Source of the DNA: Lachnospiraceae bacterium
Lineage (GTDB): Bacteria > Spirochaetota > Spirochaetia > Sphaerochaetales > Sphaerochaetaceae
Direction: 5' to 3'
DNA length: 54,334 nucleotides
Assembly: GCA_963610485.1 (NCBI GenBank)
Contig: CAVDOI010000001.1
Coordinates: 1 to 54,334, forward strand
Position numbers and translations under genes: made by a program. Within the stretch, counting starts at the first letter, position 1. Each line of letters opens with the position of its first letter. Below, one piece after another: positions 17,850-26,242 of this stretch. Under the pieces are notes generated by a model, which saw only the letters and a program-made list of their open reading frames with translations, ran no database searches and had not been told where the DNA came from.

Positions 17850-18638
17850 TCACCGTCCGCTTCCGCCGGCTTTCCGTGCCGCCGCACTTACGGCTTCGAT
17901 GACTGAATTCTCGAAGCTGGATTCCTTGAGTATCTTTACTCCCTCAATGGTCGTACCTCTGGGAGAGCATACCATAATTTCGTTTTCAATTGCACCCTTG
18001 CCGCCCTTTTTTTGGAGTGCAACTGCACTCAGGAGAGTGTCCTGGACAATGTGAAGTGCTTCACTGTATCCGATTCCCTCCCTCACGCCTCCGAGTGCGA
18101 GGGCGTGCATGAACTCGAAGACATACGCTATCCCCGATCCCGATATCCCGATGAAAGCATTGAAAAGGCTCTCGTCGAGGTGGAATGCCGAGCCGAAGGA
18201 GGATGCAATGGAGAGTGCCTCTTTCTTCTTGTCATCGTCGAGGTCGTCCGTATATGTGACGGCCGTGACCGACGCTCCGACGGATGCCGCGATGTTCGGC
18301 ATGAATCTCACAACGTTGTTCTTTCCGAGACTTCTCTTGAGAGAAGCAAGATCGACTCCGGCCGCAAGAGATATGTAGAGTCCGGCGTCAAGTGAGGAGA
18401 CCGGGGATGCAACTACGGGTATCTTGTCGGGTTTGACGGCGAGGATGACAACATCGGCTTTCATCATGTCAGATGCATTGTCGAGCACCTTCATCGACGT
18501 GCCGGTAGCTGTTCTCTCGGCTTTGGATCTCGTCCTGTTCGTGACATATACCTCTGTGTCTTTTCTCTTCTCGAGGGCGCGGGCAACCGCCGAGCCCATG
18601 TTTCCCGTTCCTACTATCAGAACCCTGGTCTTTGTCAT
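17850..18638 (-). CDS. proC: pyrroline-5-carboxylate reductase
   Basis: The start is at MTKTRVLIVGTGNMGSAVARAL (Rossmann fold). CSPRGTTIEG is present near the C-terminus. Confidence 0.9.
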   Translation of the reverse strand: MTKTRVLIVGTGNMGSAVARALEKRKDTEVYVTNRTRSKAERTATGTSMKVLDNASDMMKADVVILAVKPDKIPVVASPVSSLDAGLYISLAAGVDLASLKRSLGKNNVVRFMPNIAASVGASVTAVTYTDDLDDDKKKEALSIASSFGSAFHLDESLFNAFIGISGSGIAYVFEFMHALALGGVREGIGYSEALHIVQDTLLSAVALQKKGGKGAIENEIMVCSPRGTTIEGVKILKESSFENSVIEAVSAAARKAGGSGR

Positions 18639-19102
18639 ATGACCTCCCCGAAGCCTCTCTGTCTCAAGACTTCGTATAGTGCGACGGCGGCGCTGTTCGA
18701 AAGATTGAGGCATCTTGCGCCGTCCCTCATGGGAATGCGGAGCGTCCGTGCTCCGTATTGCGATAATACCGCTTCTCCCAGTCCCGCAGACTCCTTACCG
18801 AACACCAGATATATATCCCCGTCAGAGGGGAATGCCGTATCGTAGAGCGACTTTCCTCCGTGTGCGGAGAAGAAAAAGAGCTCGTCGTTTTCGTGCTTTC
18901 CCATGAAGGCGTCGAACGATGGTTCCTCCTCGAGCATCACATCCTTCCAGTAATCCATACCGCTCCTTCTCACGGCCTTTTCGCTGAGCGAGAAGCCGAG
19001 TGGATGGATGAGAACCAGAACAGAACTGGTGGCCGCACATGTGCGGGCGATGTTTCCCGTGTTCTGGGGTATTTCGGGTTCGACTAGACAGAGATGGAGC
19101 AT
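18635..19102 (-). CDS. trmL: tRNA (cytidine/uridine-2'-O-)-methyltransferase TrmL (SpoU/TrmH family)
   Basis: 155 aa counted from MLHLCLVEPEIPQNTGNIARTC, with a C-terminal knot motif LNLSNSAAVALYE. The upstream part of the 274-aa ORF overlaps dinB and looks non-coding. Confidence 0.85.
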   Translation of the reverse strand: MLHLCLVEPEIPQNTGNIARTCAATSSVLVLIHPLGFSLSEKAVRRSGMDYWKDVMLEEEPSFDAFMGKHENDELFFFSAHGGKSLYDTAFPSDGDIYLVFGKESAGLGEAVLSQYGARTLRIPMRDGARCLNLSNSAAVALYEVLRQRGFGEVI

Positions 19103-19137
19103 GCTGAAATGATAGCAGAAGGAGAGGGGGAGTACAA

Positions 19138-20295
19138 TCAGCCGGACTCGATTGAACCCGCCTTCTTCACTATGTTCCCCTCCTTGTTGAGGGAGAGTAT
19201 CGTCTTCTCGAGCTTTCTCAGCTTCTCCTCCTTCTCCTTGAAGAACTCGCCCTGCTCGGGTCTTTCGCCTTTGTAGAGATTGCCCAGCGTAACCCCCAGG
19301 AGCCTCACGCCCTGGTTGTTGTACTTCCTTCTCAGTAGAGTGCGGCTTATGGAGTAGATGTCCGCAGAGGAGTATATGCCGCTCTGAGGAGTCTCGCTTA
19401 TCGAATAGGTGGAGAAGTCGCCGTACCTGAGCTTGACTGTGACCGTGCGTCCGACCCACCCCTCGTCGAGGGCGCGGAATGCGACGCTCTGGGACATTTC
19501 AAGGAGTTTCTGCGACAGTGCATCCTCACCGTAGATATCACTGTAGAATGTCCTTTCCTCACTGATGGACCGGCTTTTCGCCTCTCCTGTGTAGATTCCC
19601 GGGTCAATTCCGCGGCATACGGAGTACAGGTAACTTCCGCAGGAGGAGCCGAAGAGGCTCTCGAGCTCCTCCTTCTTATACGAGCGGAGTACGGCTGTCG
19701 AGTAGATTCCCTTTCTGCTGAGGTTCTCGAGCGTGCTCTTTCCCACACCCCAGAGTTTACCCAGTCCGACGGCATCCACGAATTCGATTTCCCTCCCCGG
19801 TGGAACGACGGTGAGTCCGTCGGGCTTGTGGTAGTCCGAGGCAAGCTTACTGAGAAACCTCGACGGGGCGACGCCTATCGAGACGGTGAGTCCCGTCTCG
19901 GAGAAAATCTTCTCTTTGAGAAGCCTTGCAGCCTTTCCCGGACGGGGATAGACACGTTCCATCCCGGTAAGGTCGAGAAAAGCCTCGTCTATCGATACCT
20001 GGAGAAAGCCGGGTGCGAAGTTCTCTATTATCGCCATGACCGAGCGGCTGACCTCGCTGTAGCGGCGGTAGTTGCCGCTGACGCATACTGCATGCGGGCA
20101 GAGTCTGAGGGCGACTGTCATCGGCATTGCCGAGTGCACGCCGAAGCGCCTCGCTTCGTAGGAGCAGGTGGATGCGACGTTTCTCGGGCCGGGCTCTCCG
20201 ATGATGAGGGGCTTACCTCTGTATTCGGGGTGATCGAGACACTCCACGGAGGCGAAGAACGCATCAAGGTCGATATGAAAGAAAACTGAGCCCAT
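19138..20295 (-). CDS. dinB: DNA polymerase IV (Y-family)
   Basis: Motifs FFHIDLDAFFASVE and SIDEAFLDLTG are present. The start may be ATG20295 or ATG20355. Confidence 0.9.
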   Translation of the reverse strand: MGSVFFHIDLDAFFASVECLDHPEYRGKPLIIGEPGPRNVASTCSYEARRFGVHSAMPMTVALRLCPHAVCVSGNYRRYSEVSRSVMAIIENFAPGFLQVSIDEAFLDLTGMERVYPRPGKAARLLKEKIFSETGLTVSIGVAPSRFLSKLASDYHKPDGLTVVPPGREIEFVDAVGLGKLWGVGKSTLENLSRKGIYSTAVLRSYKKEELESLFGSSCGSYLYSVCRGIDPGIYTGEAKSRSISEERTFYSDIYGEDALSQKLLEMSQSVAFRALDEGWVGRTVTVKLRYGDFSTYSISETPQSGIYSSADIYSISRTLLRRKYNNQGVRLLGVTLGNLYKGERPEQGEFFKEKEEKLRKLEKTILSLNKEGNIVKKAGSIESG

Positions 20296-20358
20296 GCATA
20301 AAGTATAAAGAGGAAGGGGTGAATTAACAATCGCGGCCTTTTCCATTATACTCACACT

Positions 20359-21393
20359 GTGAGACGCTTTCTGACACTTTCGATTCTGATCTTTGTCATC
20401 CTCTCCGCACTTCCTGCTGCGGCCGATGTAGCCGGCTCCGACACCTCGCTCCAGGCGCTGGAGTACAATGCACTGACGAGCGTCTCGTACTACGGCACAT
20501 TCAACGACATATTCGTCAATCCCGCTTCACTTCCGCTTCTGTCGATGGCGGATGAGTATCAGGTTTCTCTGTCTCCCAGTGAGAGTTTCAACACATCGCT
20601 CTGGGGGAATGAGAGCATGAGCCACATGCAGAATCTGACAAACTCCCTCCAGGGCACCGTCGTCAGCGGTCCCGTGGCCCTCAGTGCCAAGATATCGTCG
20701 GCGCTGGACAACCGTACACTCAGGGAGGACGGCTTTGCATATTACGACATCTATTCATCGTTCGACATCGAACTTGCGATTGCCTATTCGTTTCTCTCCC
20801 ACTTCTCGGTGGGCGCGAGACTGGGGGGAGGCAACTCTGTTGCAAGGCTCTCGAAGAAGATGACAGGACTCTTCGACGCCGTCGGAAATGCATGGTTCAG
20901 CCCGTACGAGAAGATGAGCGGGAGCGAGAGATTCAACGTAAACATAGGAATGCTCGTATACAGCAGCAACTTCACATTAGGTCTTGTCTTCGACGATCTC
21001 TTCCAGAGTTCGACATCCCCTTCGTTCTTCGACAGGTTCCTCTCTTCGACGACGGTGTCATTATCATACAGGGGGAGCAGGTTCAATGCAGACGGGGATC
21101 TCAACTATCTTGTTCCCCGCATCTCGGTCGACCTCAGGGGAGTAGGCTTCAAAGAGGGGGAGAGAAGGGTTGTTGCCGCAGCAGACCTGACACTCCAGTT
21201 TCTCAAGGACGTGCTCCTCGATGTGGGTGTAAAGTACGCCTATATGGTGAGCCGGAGCGGCGTCGGGACAAGCGCCGTGGCGGCGACGGTCAGCGGAACC
21301 TACGGAAACTTCTCGCTCATGCTGAACCTCGTCTTCCTGCAGAATGTCGAGGAGAACTTCCGGCCGTCCCTTGTCTTCACATACTCGACTTGA
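20359..21393 (+). CDS. hypothetical secreted beta-rich protein (possible outer-membrane barrel)
   Basis: GTG start. A signal peptide (MRRFLTLSILIFVILSALPAAADVAG) is followed by alternating hydrophobic/polar strands through to the C-terminus. I recognise no family. Confidence 0.55.
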   Translation: MRRFLTLSILIFVILSALPAAADVAGSDTSLQALEYNALTSVSYYGTFNDIFVNPASLPLLSMADEYQVSLSPSESFNTSLWGNESMSHMQNLTNSLQGTVVSGPVALSAKISSALDNRTLREDGFAYYDIYSSFDIELAIAYSFLSHFSVGARLGGGNSVARLSKKMTGLFDAVGNAWFSPYEKMSGSERFNVNIGMLVYSSNFTLGLVFDDLFQSSTSPSFFDRFLSSTTVSLSYRGSRFNADGDLNYLVPRISVDLRGVGFKEGERRVVAAADLTLQFLKDVLLDVGVKYAYMVSRSGVGTSAVAATVSGTYGNFSLMLNLVFLQNVEENFRPSLVFTYST

Positions 21394-21398
21394 GGGAC

Positions 21399-21429
21399 AA
21401 AAAAAGCGATACGGAACAATCCATATCGC
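21399..21429 (-). terminator. intrinsic terminator of tRNA-Arg
   Basis: On the minus strand, GCGATA-N12-TATCGC is followed by TTTTTTT, immediately 3' of the tRNA. Confidence 0.6.
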
Positions 21430-21432
21430 ATA

Positions 21433-21506
21433 TACGGCCAGTTAGTCTCGAACTAACCACCTAGTGCTTAGAAGGCACTTGCTCTATCCAGATGAGCTAT
21501 GGCCGC
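21433..21506 (-). tRNA. tRNA-Arg (anticodon TCT)
   Basis: Hand-folded cloverleaf: acceptor GCGGCCA/TGGCCGT, D stem GCTC/GAGC, anticodon stem AGTGC/GCACT with loop CTTCTAA, T arm GTTAG-TTCGAGA-CTAAC. CCA is not encoded. Confidence 0.9.
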
Positions 21507-21524
21507 ATTATCTGTTACTCGACA

Positions 21525-21553
21525 AAAATACCTTGATTGAAGGACATTTTCAA
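21525..21553 (-). promoter_or_regulatory. putative promoter of tRNA-Arg
   Basis: On the minus strand, TTGAAA, a 17-nt spacer and TATTTT lie about 18 nt upstream of the mature 5' end. Confidence 0.4.
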
Positions 21554-21635
21554 GTGGGTTGAAGGGAAAAAGCCTCTTTTTCCGGAGAAACGGCCTTTTC
21601 TTCCCCCGTTTGCCGCAGTGTACGGGACAGACATC

Positions 21636-21662
21636 CGGAAAGAAAACCGGCCGCCTTCCGGT
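21636..21662 (-). terminator. possible terminator of the symporter gene
   Basis: On the minus strand, ACCGG-AAGGCGG-CCGGT is followed by TTTTCTTTCC. The stem is short. Confidence 0.3.
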
Positions 21663-21687
21663 GACCGGTCATGGGATTCGTCTTCCC

Positions 21688-23118
21688 TTACTCTTCGATG
21701 TATGCGCTAGGAGCCGCATCTACGCCCATCTTCCATTCAATCGCATTGACGATGAAGAAGGTTGCAGTACCGACTGCACAGCCGAATACGACGGGAAGTA
21801 TGCCGAGGTAGAAGTCTCCTCCGGAGAGAATCTGCCAGAATACGACGCCGATAGTTCCCGTGATGATTGAGATCTGTCCCGAGTGTTTTGTAGCTCTGGG
21901 TACGACCATTCCGAGTCCGTATGCTGCGAAGGGGCCTGCACAGCGGATTGCAAATGCGAAGGTGTTCATCGTTACGATGTTGATTCCCAGGAGAGATATG
22001 AGCATCGCTATCGAGCAGCATATGACGTTGCACCATCTGACGACCCTGACTTCCTTCATTCCGTCAAGCTGCTTCTTCGAGTAAGGCTTGTAGAGGTCGT
22101 TGATGATCATAGTCGACATACACAGGAGGTTGGAGTCCGCCGAGCTCATCGTTGCAGAGATGATTGCCGCCGAGACAAGTCCTGTGATGAGTGTCGGTGC
22201 ATATGCTTCTGTGACCGCCATCATTGCCTGGCCCGATGCCGGGTTTCCGAGTGCTTCCTTCATTGAAAGGGCTGCAAGACCCATGAGTGTCGGGAAGAAG
22301 GACATGGCCGCCATCAATACCGCTGCAAGGAGGCTTGCCCTGACAGCTGTCTTCTCGTCCTTTGCGGATTCGAAGCGGCTGATCATCTCGGGCCCCGAGA
22401 GGAATGTACAGAAATAGTTGAAGATATAGCCGATGATGACGACCCATCCGATCTTCGTGAAACTGAGCTGCTCGCCGGGGAGCTTGGACGCGATCGTGCT
22501 CCAGCCTCCGCATCCCTTGATCACGAACGGAGTCGCAATTGCAAGGCCGACGAGGATGATGATGAACTGCACGAGGTCTGACACCTGGTCTGCAATCATT
22601 CCTCCGAAGGTTGTGTAGAGGATGATTACCGCACCTGCGATGATCATGCACAGCCTTGTGTCGATGCCGGTCAGAACAGATACGACTGAACCCGATGCAG
22701 CCACCTGGCTTGATGTCAGACAGAAGAGGGCGAGGATGTTGAGGACAGCGGAGAAGCCCGAGCTGAACTTGCCGAAGCGTCTGCCGATGACTTCAGGAAT
22801 AGTGACAGCCATTGTCTTTCTGATCTTCGGTGCGAAGTATGCGAGCGGAATCATTGCAATCGATGCGGCGAGAACGTACCATGCCGCACTCATCCCCCAT
22901 GTCGTGTATGCCTTTCCTGCAAGACCCGTTGTGCTTCCGCCTCCGATATTGTTCGCGCTGAGTGAGAATGCGATCATGAAGAGTCCCATTCTTCTTCCTG
23001 CGAGCATATAGTCGTCAGCGTCCTTGATTTTCAGCTTACCTATTACGAACCCGATAATGAGCATTCCTACAAGGTAAGCAACTACGATGATGAGAGCTTC
23101 AATATTAACAGCCATCAT
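21688..23118 (-). CDS. sodium:solute symporter family (SSS) transporter
   Basis: 476 aa with about 13 TM segments. The N-terminal DADDYMLAGRRMG and SANNIGGGSTTGLAG blocks are typical of the PutP/PanF-like SSS family. The substrate is not assignable. Confidence 0.85.
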   Translation of the reverse strand: MMAVNIEALIIVVAYLVGMLIIGFVIGKLKIKDADDYMLAGRRMGLFMIAFSLSANNIGGGSTTGLAGKAYTTWGMSAAWYVLAASIAMIPLAYFAPKIRKTMAVTIPEVIGRRFGKFSSGFSAVLNILALFCLTSSQVAASGSVVSVLTGIDTRLCMIIAGAVIILYTTFGGMIADQVSDLVQFIIILVGLAIATPFVIKGCGGWSTIASKLPGEQLSFTKIGWVVIIGYIFNYFCTFLSGPEMISRFESAKDEKTAVRASLLAAVLMAAMSFFPTLMGLAALSMKEALGNPASGQAMMAVTEAYAPTLITGLVSAAIISATMSSADSNLLCMSTMIINDLYKPYSKKQLDGMKEVRVVRWCNVICCSIAMLISLLGINIVTMNTFAFAIRCAGPFAAYGLGMVVPRATKHSGQISIITGTIGVVFWQILSGGDFYLGILPVVFGCAVGTATFFIVNAIEWKMGVDAAPSAYIEE

Positions 23119-23214
23119 TGTACTCCTTTGTTATTGTTTGTTCTCATTTTTGACGATAAAAGAGGAGTTGACAACAAAAATTGGTAAAAGTGCTATTTTC
23201 GAAGATTTTCTATC

Positions 23215-23904
23215 TCAAAATGACATGACGAGGGTGTATGCACTCCTGAGTGCAAGGACGACGAGGGAGAGCGAGAAGATGATGTTGGCTCCCCTTCTGT
23301 GGTCGTTGTATATCTTCTTCAGCGCTTCACCGGCCGCCGCCCACACAAGTCCCGTCGTGAAGCATACAAGAGGGATTGCCATCGAGACGAGAAGGCCCGT
23401 GAAGGTCGTGAACCGGGAGGGCAGTACGTAAGTCGAGATTGCGGAGACGCAGAGCATGAGGACCTTGACGTTGACAAGCTGTAGCAGGAAACCCCGTCTG
23501 AAGGAGCCCTTTGCGTCGCCGTCTGCGGTCTCCACCGGACTTTTGTGATATATCCGCCACGCAAGACAGAGTATGTAGACGATGCTCAGTGCCTGCAGCA
23601 CCTGTGATAACGAGGGAAGGAGAGAGGAAAGCAGTGTGATGAGGAAATATGCCGCAGTCGTAATCACCGTTATTCCCGCAAGCATTCCGTAATTGAGGAA
23701 TATGCCTTTCCTCAGTCCCTTCTGTGATGCGTTCTGGAGACTGAGTATGGTGTTGGGACCGGGGGTGCCGGAGAGCGTTATGAGATATATCAGGTAGCCG
23801 GGTATGTCCACAATCCGATAATACAGTTCCGGATGCCGGAAGGACAAGAAGCGGAGAGGAAAAAGCTTTTGTAAATTCTGCGGTATAACTTCCCAACGAC
23901 TCAT
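23215..23904 (-). CDS. LysE/RhtB-family amino-acid exporter
   Basis: The LSGTPGPNTILSL motif and about 6 TM segments are present. An internal GTG at 23811 would give the typical family length of about 198 aa, so the start is uncertain. Confidence 0.75.
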   Translation of the reverse strand: MSRWEVIPQNLQKLFPLRFLSFRHPELYYRIVDIPGYLIYLITLSGTPGPNTILSLQNASQKGLRKGIFLNYGMLAGITVITTAAYFLITLLSSLLPSLSQVLQALSIVYILCLAWRIYHKSPVETADGDAKGSFRRGFLLQLVNVKVLMLCVSAISTYVLPSRFTTFTGLLVSMAIPLVCFTTGLVWAAAGEALKKIYNDHRRGANIIFSLSLVVLALRSAYTLVMSF

Positions 23905-23939
23905 ATCTTTAATTACAATGATAAGCGGAGGTGATTGAC

Positions 23940-25304
23940 GTGGATGTCAGTATCAATTCCTTTAATTTATCGTGGATAACCTATGTGTTGATGGCTGCAG
24001 GGCTGTGGAAAATCTTCAAGAAGTGCGGAATCGACAGCCGCTGGGCTCTCGTTCCGGTCTACAGATGGTATAAACTCAGCATGTGTGCACGGCGGGAGGA
24101 GATGGGAATAGGCATCATGGTCGCTTCCGCCGTGAGTTACCTTCTGCAGGTTGCGTACATGATTGTGACAGCTGTGACGAAAGAGGCAGGAATGAGCATA
24201 CTCATGCTCAGCGAAAGCTATGACGGCTACGGTGACGACACCTTTTCACAGATAATCATGTACGTCCGCTTTGCGGTGGTGATAGTCAAGCTTGTCTACA
24301 GCATCCGTATATACATAGGACTCTGCGAGACCTTCGGAAAAAGGAAGGCCTGGGTATGGGCATGGCTCTTCCTCGACGGACTGGTGGCAGTCTACTGGGG
24401 CTTCAGCAAAAAGATCCTTCCCGTCAGTGAAGAGGAGACTGAACTTGATATCTCCGGCCTCAACCTCAGGAAGGCCGAAGGCGTCCTTGATGTCGATATA
24501 CATTCGAGGAAGGTCAGGGACTTTCTGAATACTAAGGAACTTCTGAAGGACATAAGGCTCAAGATCGAGCCGGGTAACATGGTCCTTCTCCTTGGAGGAT
24601 CGGGTGCCGGAAAGACGACGTTCGTCAATGCCATCACCGGCTACGAGAAGGCCGATGCGACCGTCAGACTGGGAGGAAAGGATGTCTACCGCGAGTTTGA
24701 ATCAATGAAGTACGACATAGGCTTCGTCCCGCAGATGGACCTCATCCGCTATAACGATACTGTCAGAAAGACTGTCGAGGATGCGGCCCTTCTCAAGCTC
24801 CCTGTCGAGGTGACGAAGGAGGAGAGGGAGGAGAAGATCCAGAACACACTTGAAATCTTCGGTCTCCATACAGTACAGAACAATCTCGTCGGGAAACAGT
24901 CGGGCGGACAGAAGAAGAGGACGAGTATCGCAACCGAGTTCGTATCCGACCCGTCGCTCTTCATCCTCGACGAACCGGATTCCGGACTTGACGGCGTTCT
25001 TGCGCGCGACCTCATGGAGAGACTCCACGCCATTGCTAAGAAGGGAAAGATCGTCATCGTCATCACGCACTCCCCAGACAGGGTCATCGACCTCTTCGAC
25101 AGGGTGATTATCCTTGCAAAGGACAGGAACGGAACGGGAAGACTCGTCTTCGAGGGAAGTGTGGAGGGGTGCCGCTCATTCTTCGGACGTGAAAGAATGG
25201 AGGATGTCGTGAAGATGATCAACCGCCGCGACGAAGGAGGAGAAGGAATGGGGGATGAGCTTATAGAGAAGTTCGAGGAGATGAGAAATAATGAAAACAA
25301 TTAA
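23940..25304 (+). CDS. ABC transporter ATP-binding protein with N-terminal DUF5684-like membrane domain
   Basis: GTG23940 lies 8 nt after GGAGG; GTG23931 is also in frame. The N-terminal ~190 aa contain about 4 TM segments and WKIFKKCGIDSRWALVPVYRWYKL. This is followed by Walker A LLLGGSGAGKTT, signature QSGGQKKR and Walker B LFILDEPDSGLD. Confidence 0.85.
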   Translation: MDVSINSFNLSWITYVLMAAGLWKIFKKCGIDSRWALVPVYRWYKLSMCARREEMGIGIMVASAVSYLLQVAYMIVTAVTKEAGMSILMLSESYDGYGDDTFSQIIMYVRFAVVIVKLVYSIRIYIGLCETFGKRKAWVWAWLFLDGLVAVYWGFSKKILPVSEEETELDISGLNLRKAEGVLDVDIHSRKVRDFLNTKELLKDIRLKIEPGNMVLLLGGSGAGKTTFVNAITGYEKADATVRLGGKDVYREFESMKYDIGFVPQMDLIRYNDTVRKTVEDAALLKLPVEVTKEEREEKIQNTLEIFGLHTVQNNLVGKQSGGQKKRTSIATEFVSDPSLFILDEPDSGLDGVLARDLMERLHAIAKKGKIVIVITHSPDRVIDLFDRVIILAKDRNGTGRLVFEGSVEGCRSFFGRERMEDVVKMINRRDEGGEGMGDELIEKFEEMRNNENN

Positions 25305-26241
25305 GGAACACTACAGGAAAACATTTTCTCAGATTCCGATTTATCTCGGGAAGTTCTTCAGAATGTTCATCTACCAGGACGACTGGAAGATGCTGCCGAT
25401 GGCGGCACTCATTGCCGGCCTCGTCTCCTTCGTCATAAAGGGCACCATGCTGCAGACCATGGAGGGCACGATGAAGGGCGCTCTCGCACTATCGTGCATC
25501 TGTATCTGGAACGGCTTCTTCAACTCCATCCAGGTCATCTGCCGCGAGAGGCCCATCGTCAAGAGGGAACACCGCGCGGGAATGAAGATTCCGGCATATA
25601 TACTTTCTCATATGATCTACCAGGCGGCGCTCTGCCTTGCCGAGGCAGTCATTTCAGTCATCGTCTGCCGTATCTCGGGAATACACTATCCCCACGGAGG
25701 AGTCGTTACGACATCGTTCTACGTCGACCTTACAATCACGTTCTTCCTTGTGACATACGCCTCGGACATAATGGCGCTCCTCATCAGTTGTATTGCAAAA
25801 AGCACGACGGCGGCAATGACGATAATGCCCTTCGTCCTCATCTTCGAGCTCCTCTTCTCCGGTGCGGTATTCTCGCTCGAGGGAAGCGTGAGCAACTTCC
25901 TCTCGCTTCTTACGATAGCAAAGTGGGGCATGATGGCAATCTGTGCAATCGGACAGTACAACTCTCTGAAGATGGTATCTGTCTGGAATATGATGAAGAA
26001 GTTCGAGAACTACGAGCACGAGGGGCTCTATCCCATAAAGAGCATCGTCGAGATGGTCGAGTCCGAGCCCGACGGCGTCGAGAGGTTCCAGCAGAAGATG
26101 GGATCTCTCAGTCCGAGCGAGGACTATATATCGACTGCCGAGAATGTTACGGCATGCTGGATAATGCTCATCCTCTTCGTGATAGTATGTGCACTCATCG
26201 CAATGCTTGTTCTCAAGAGGGTGGACAAGGACAGAAGATAG
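25291..26241 (+). CDS. ABC-2 type transporter permease
   Basis: The gene overlaps the ATPase gene by 14 nt. The 316-aa product has 6 hydrophobic segments with a long loop before the last TM. Confidence 0.75.
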   Translation: MKTIKEHYRKTFSQIPIYLGKFFRMFIYQDDWKMLPMAALIAGLVSFVIKGTMLQTMEGTMKGALALSCICIWNGFFNSIQVICRERPIVKREHRAGMKIPAYILSHMIYQAALCLAEAVISVIVCRISGIHYPHGGVVTTSFYVDLTITFFLVTYASDIMALLISCIAKSTTAAMTIMPFVLIFELLFSGAVFSLEGSVSNFLSLLTIAKWGMMAICAIGQYNSLKMVSVWNMMKKFENYEHEGLYPIKSIVEMVESEPDGVERFQQKMGSLSPSEDYISTAENVTACWIMLILFVIVCALIAMLVLKRVDKDRR

Positions 26242-26242
26242 C

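Noticed and set aside
18635-19459. The long (274-aa) version of the trmL ORF, extending over the 3' end of dinB. Similar 5' extensions occur in ackA (to 38910), lon (to 51500), proB (from 3449), valS (from 42506) and cysS (from 39989).
   Set aside because: The extensions have odd composition (Arg/Gly/His-rich or hydrophobic junk) and overlap neighbouring genes or intergenic promoters. Family-typical N-termini with Shine-Dalgarno sequences occur at the internal ATGs I used.
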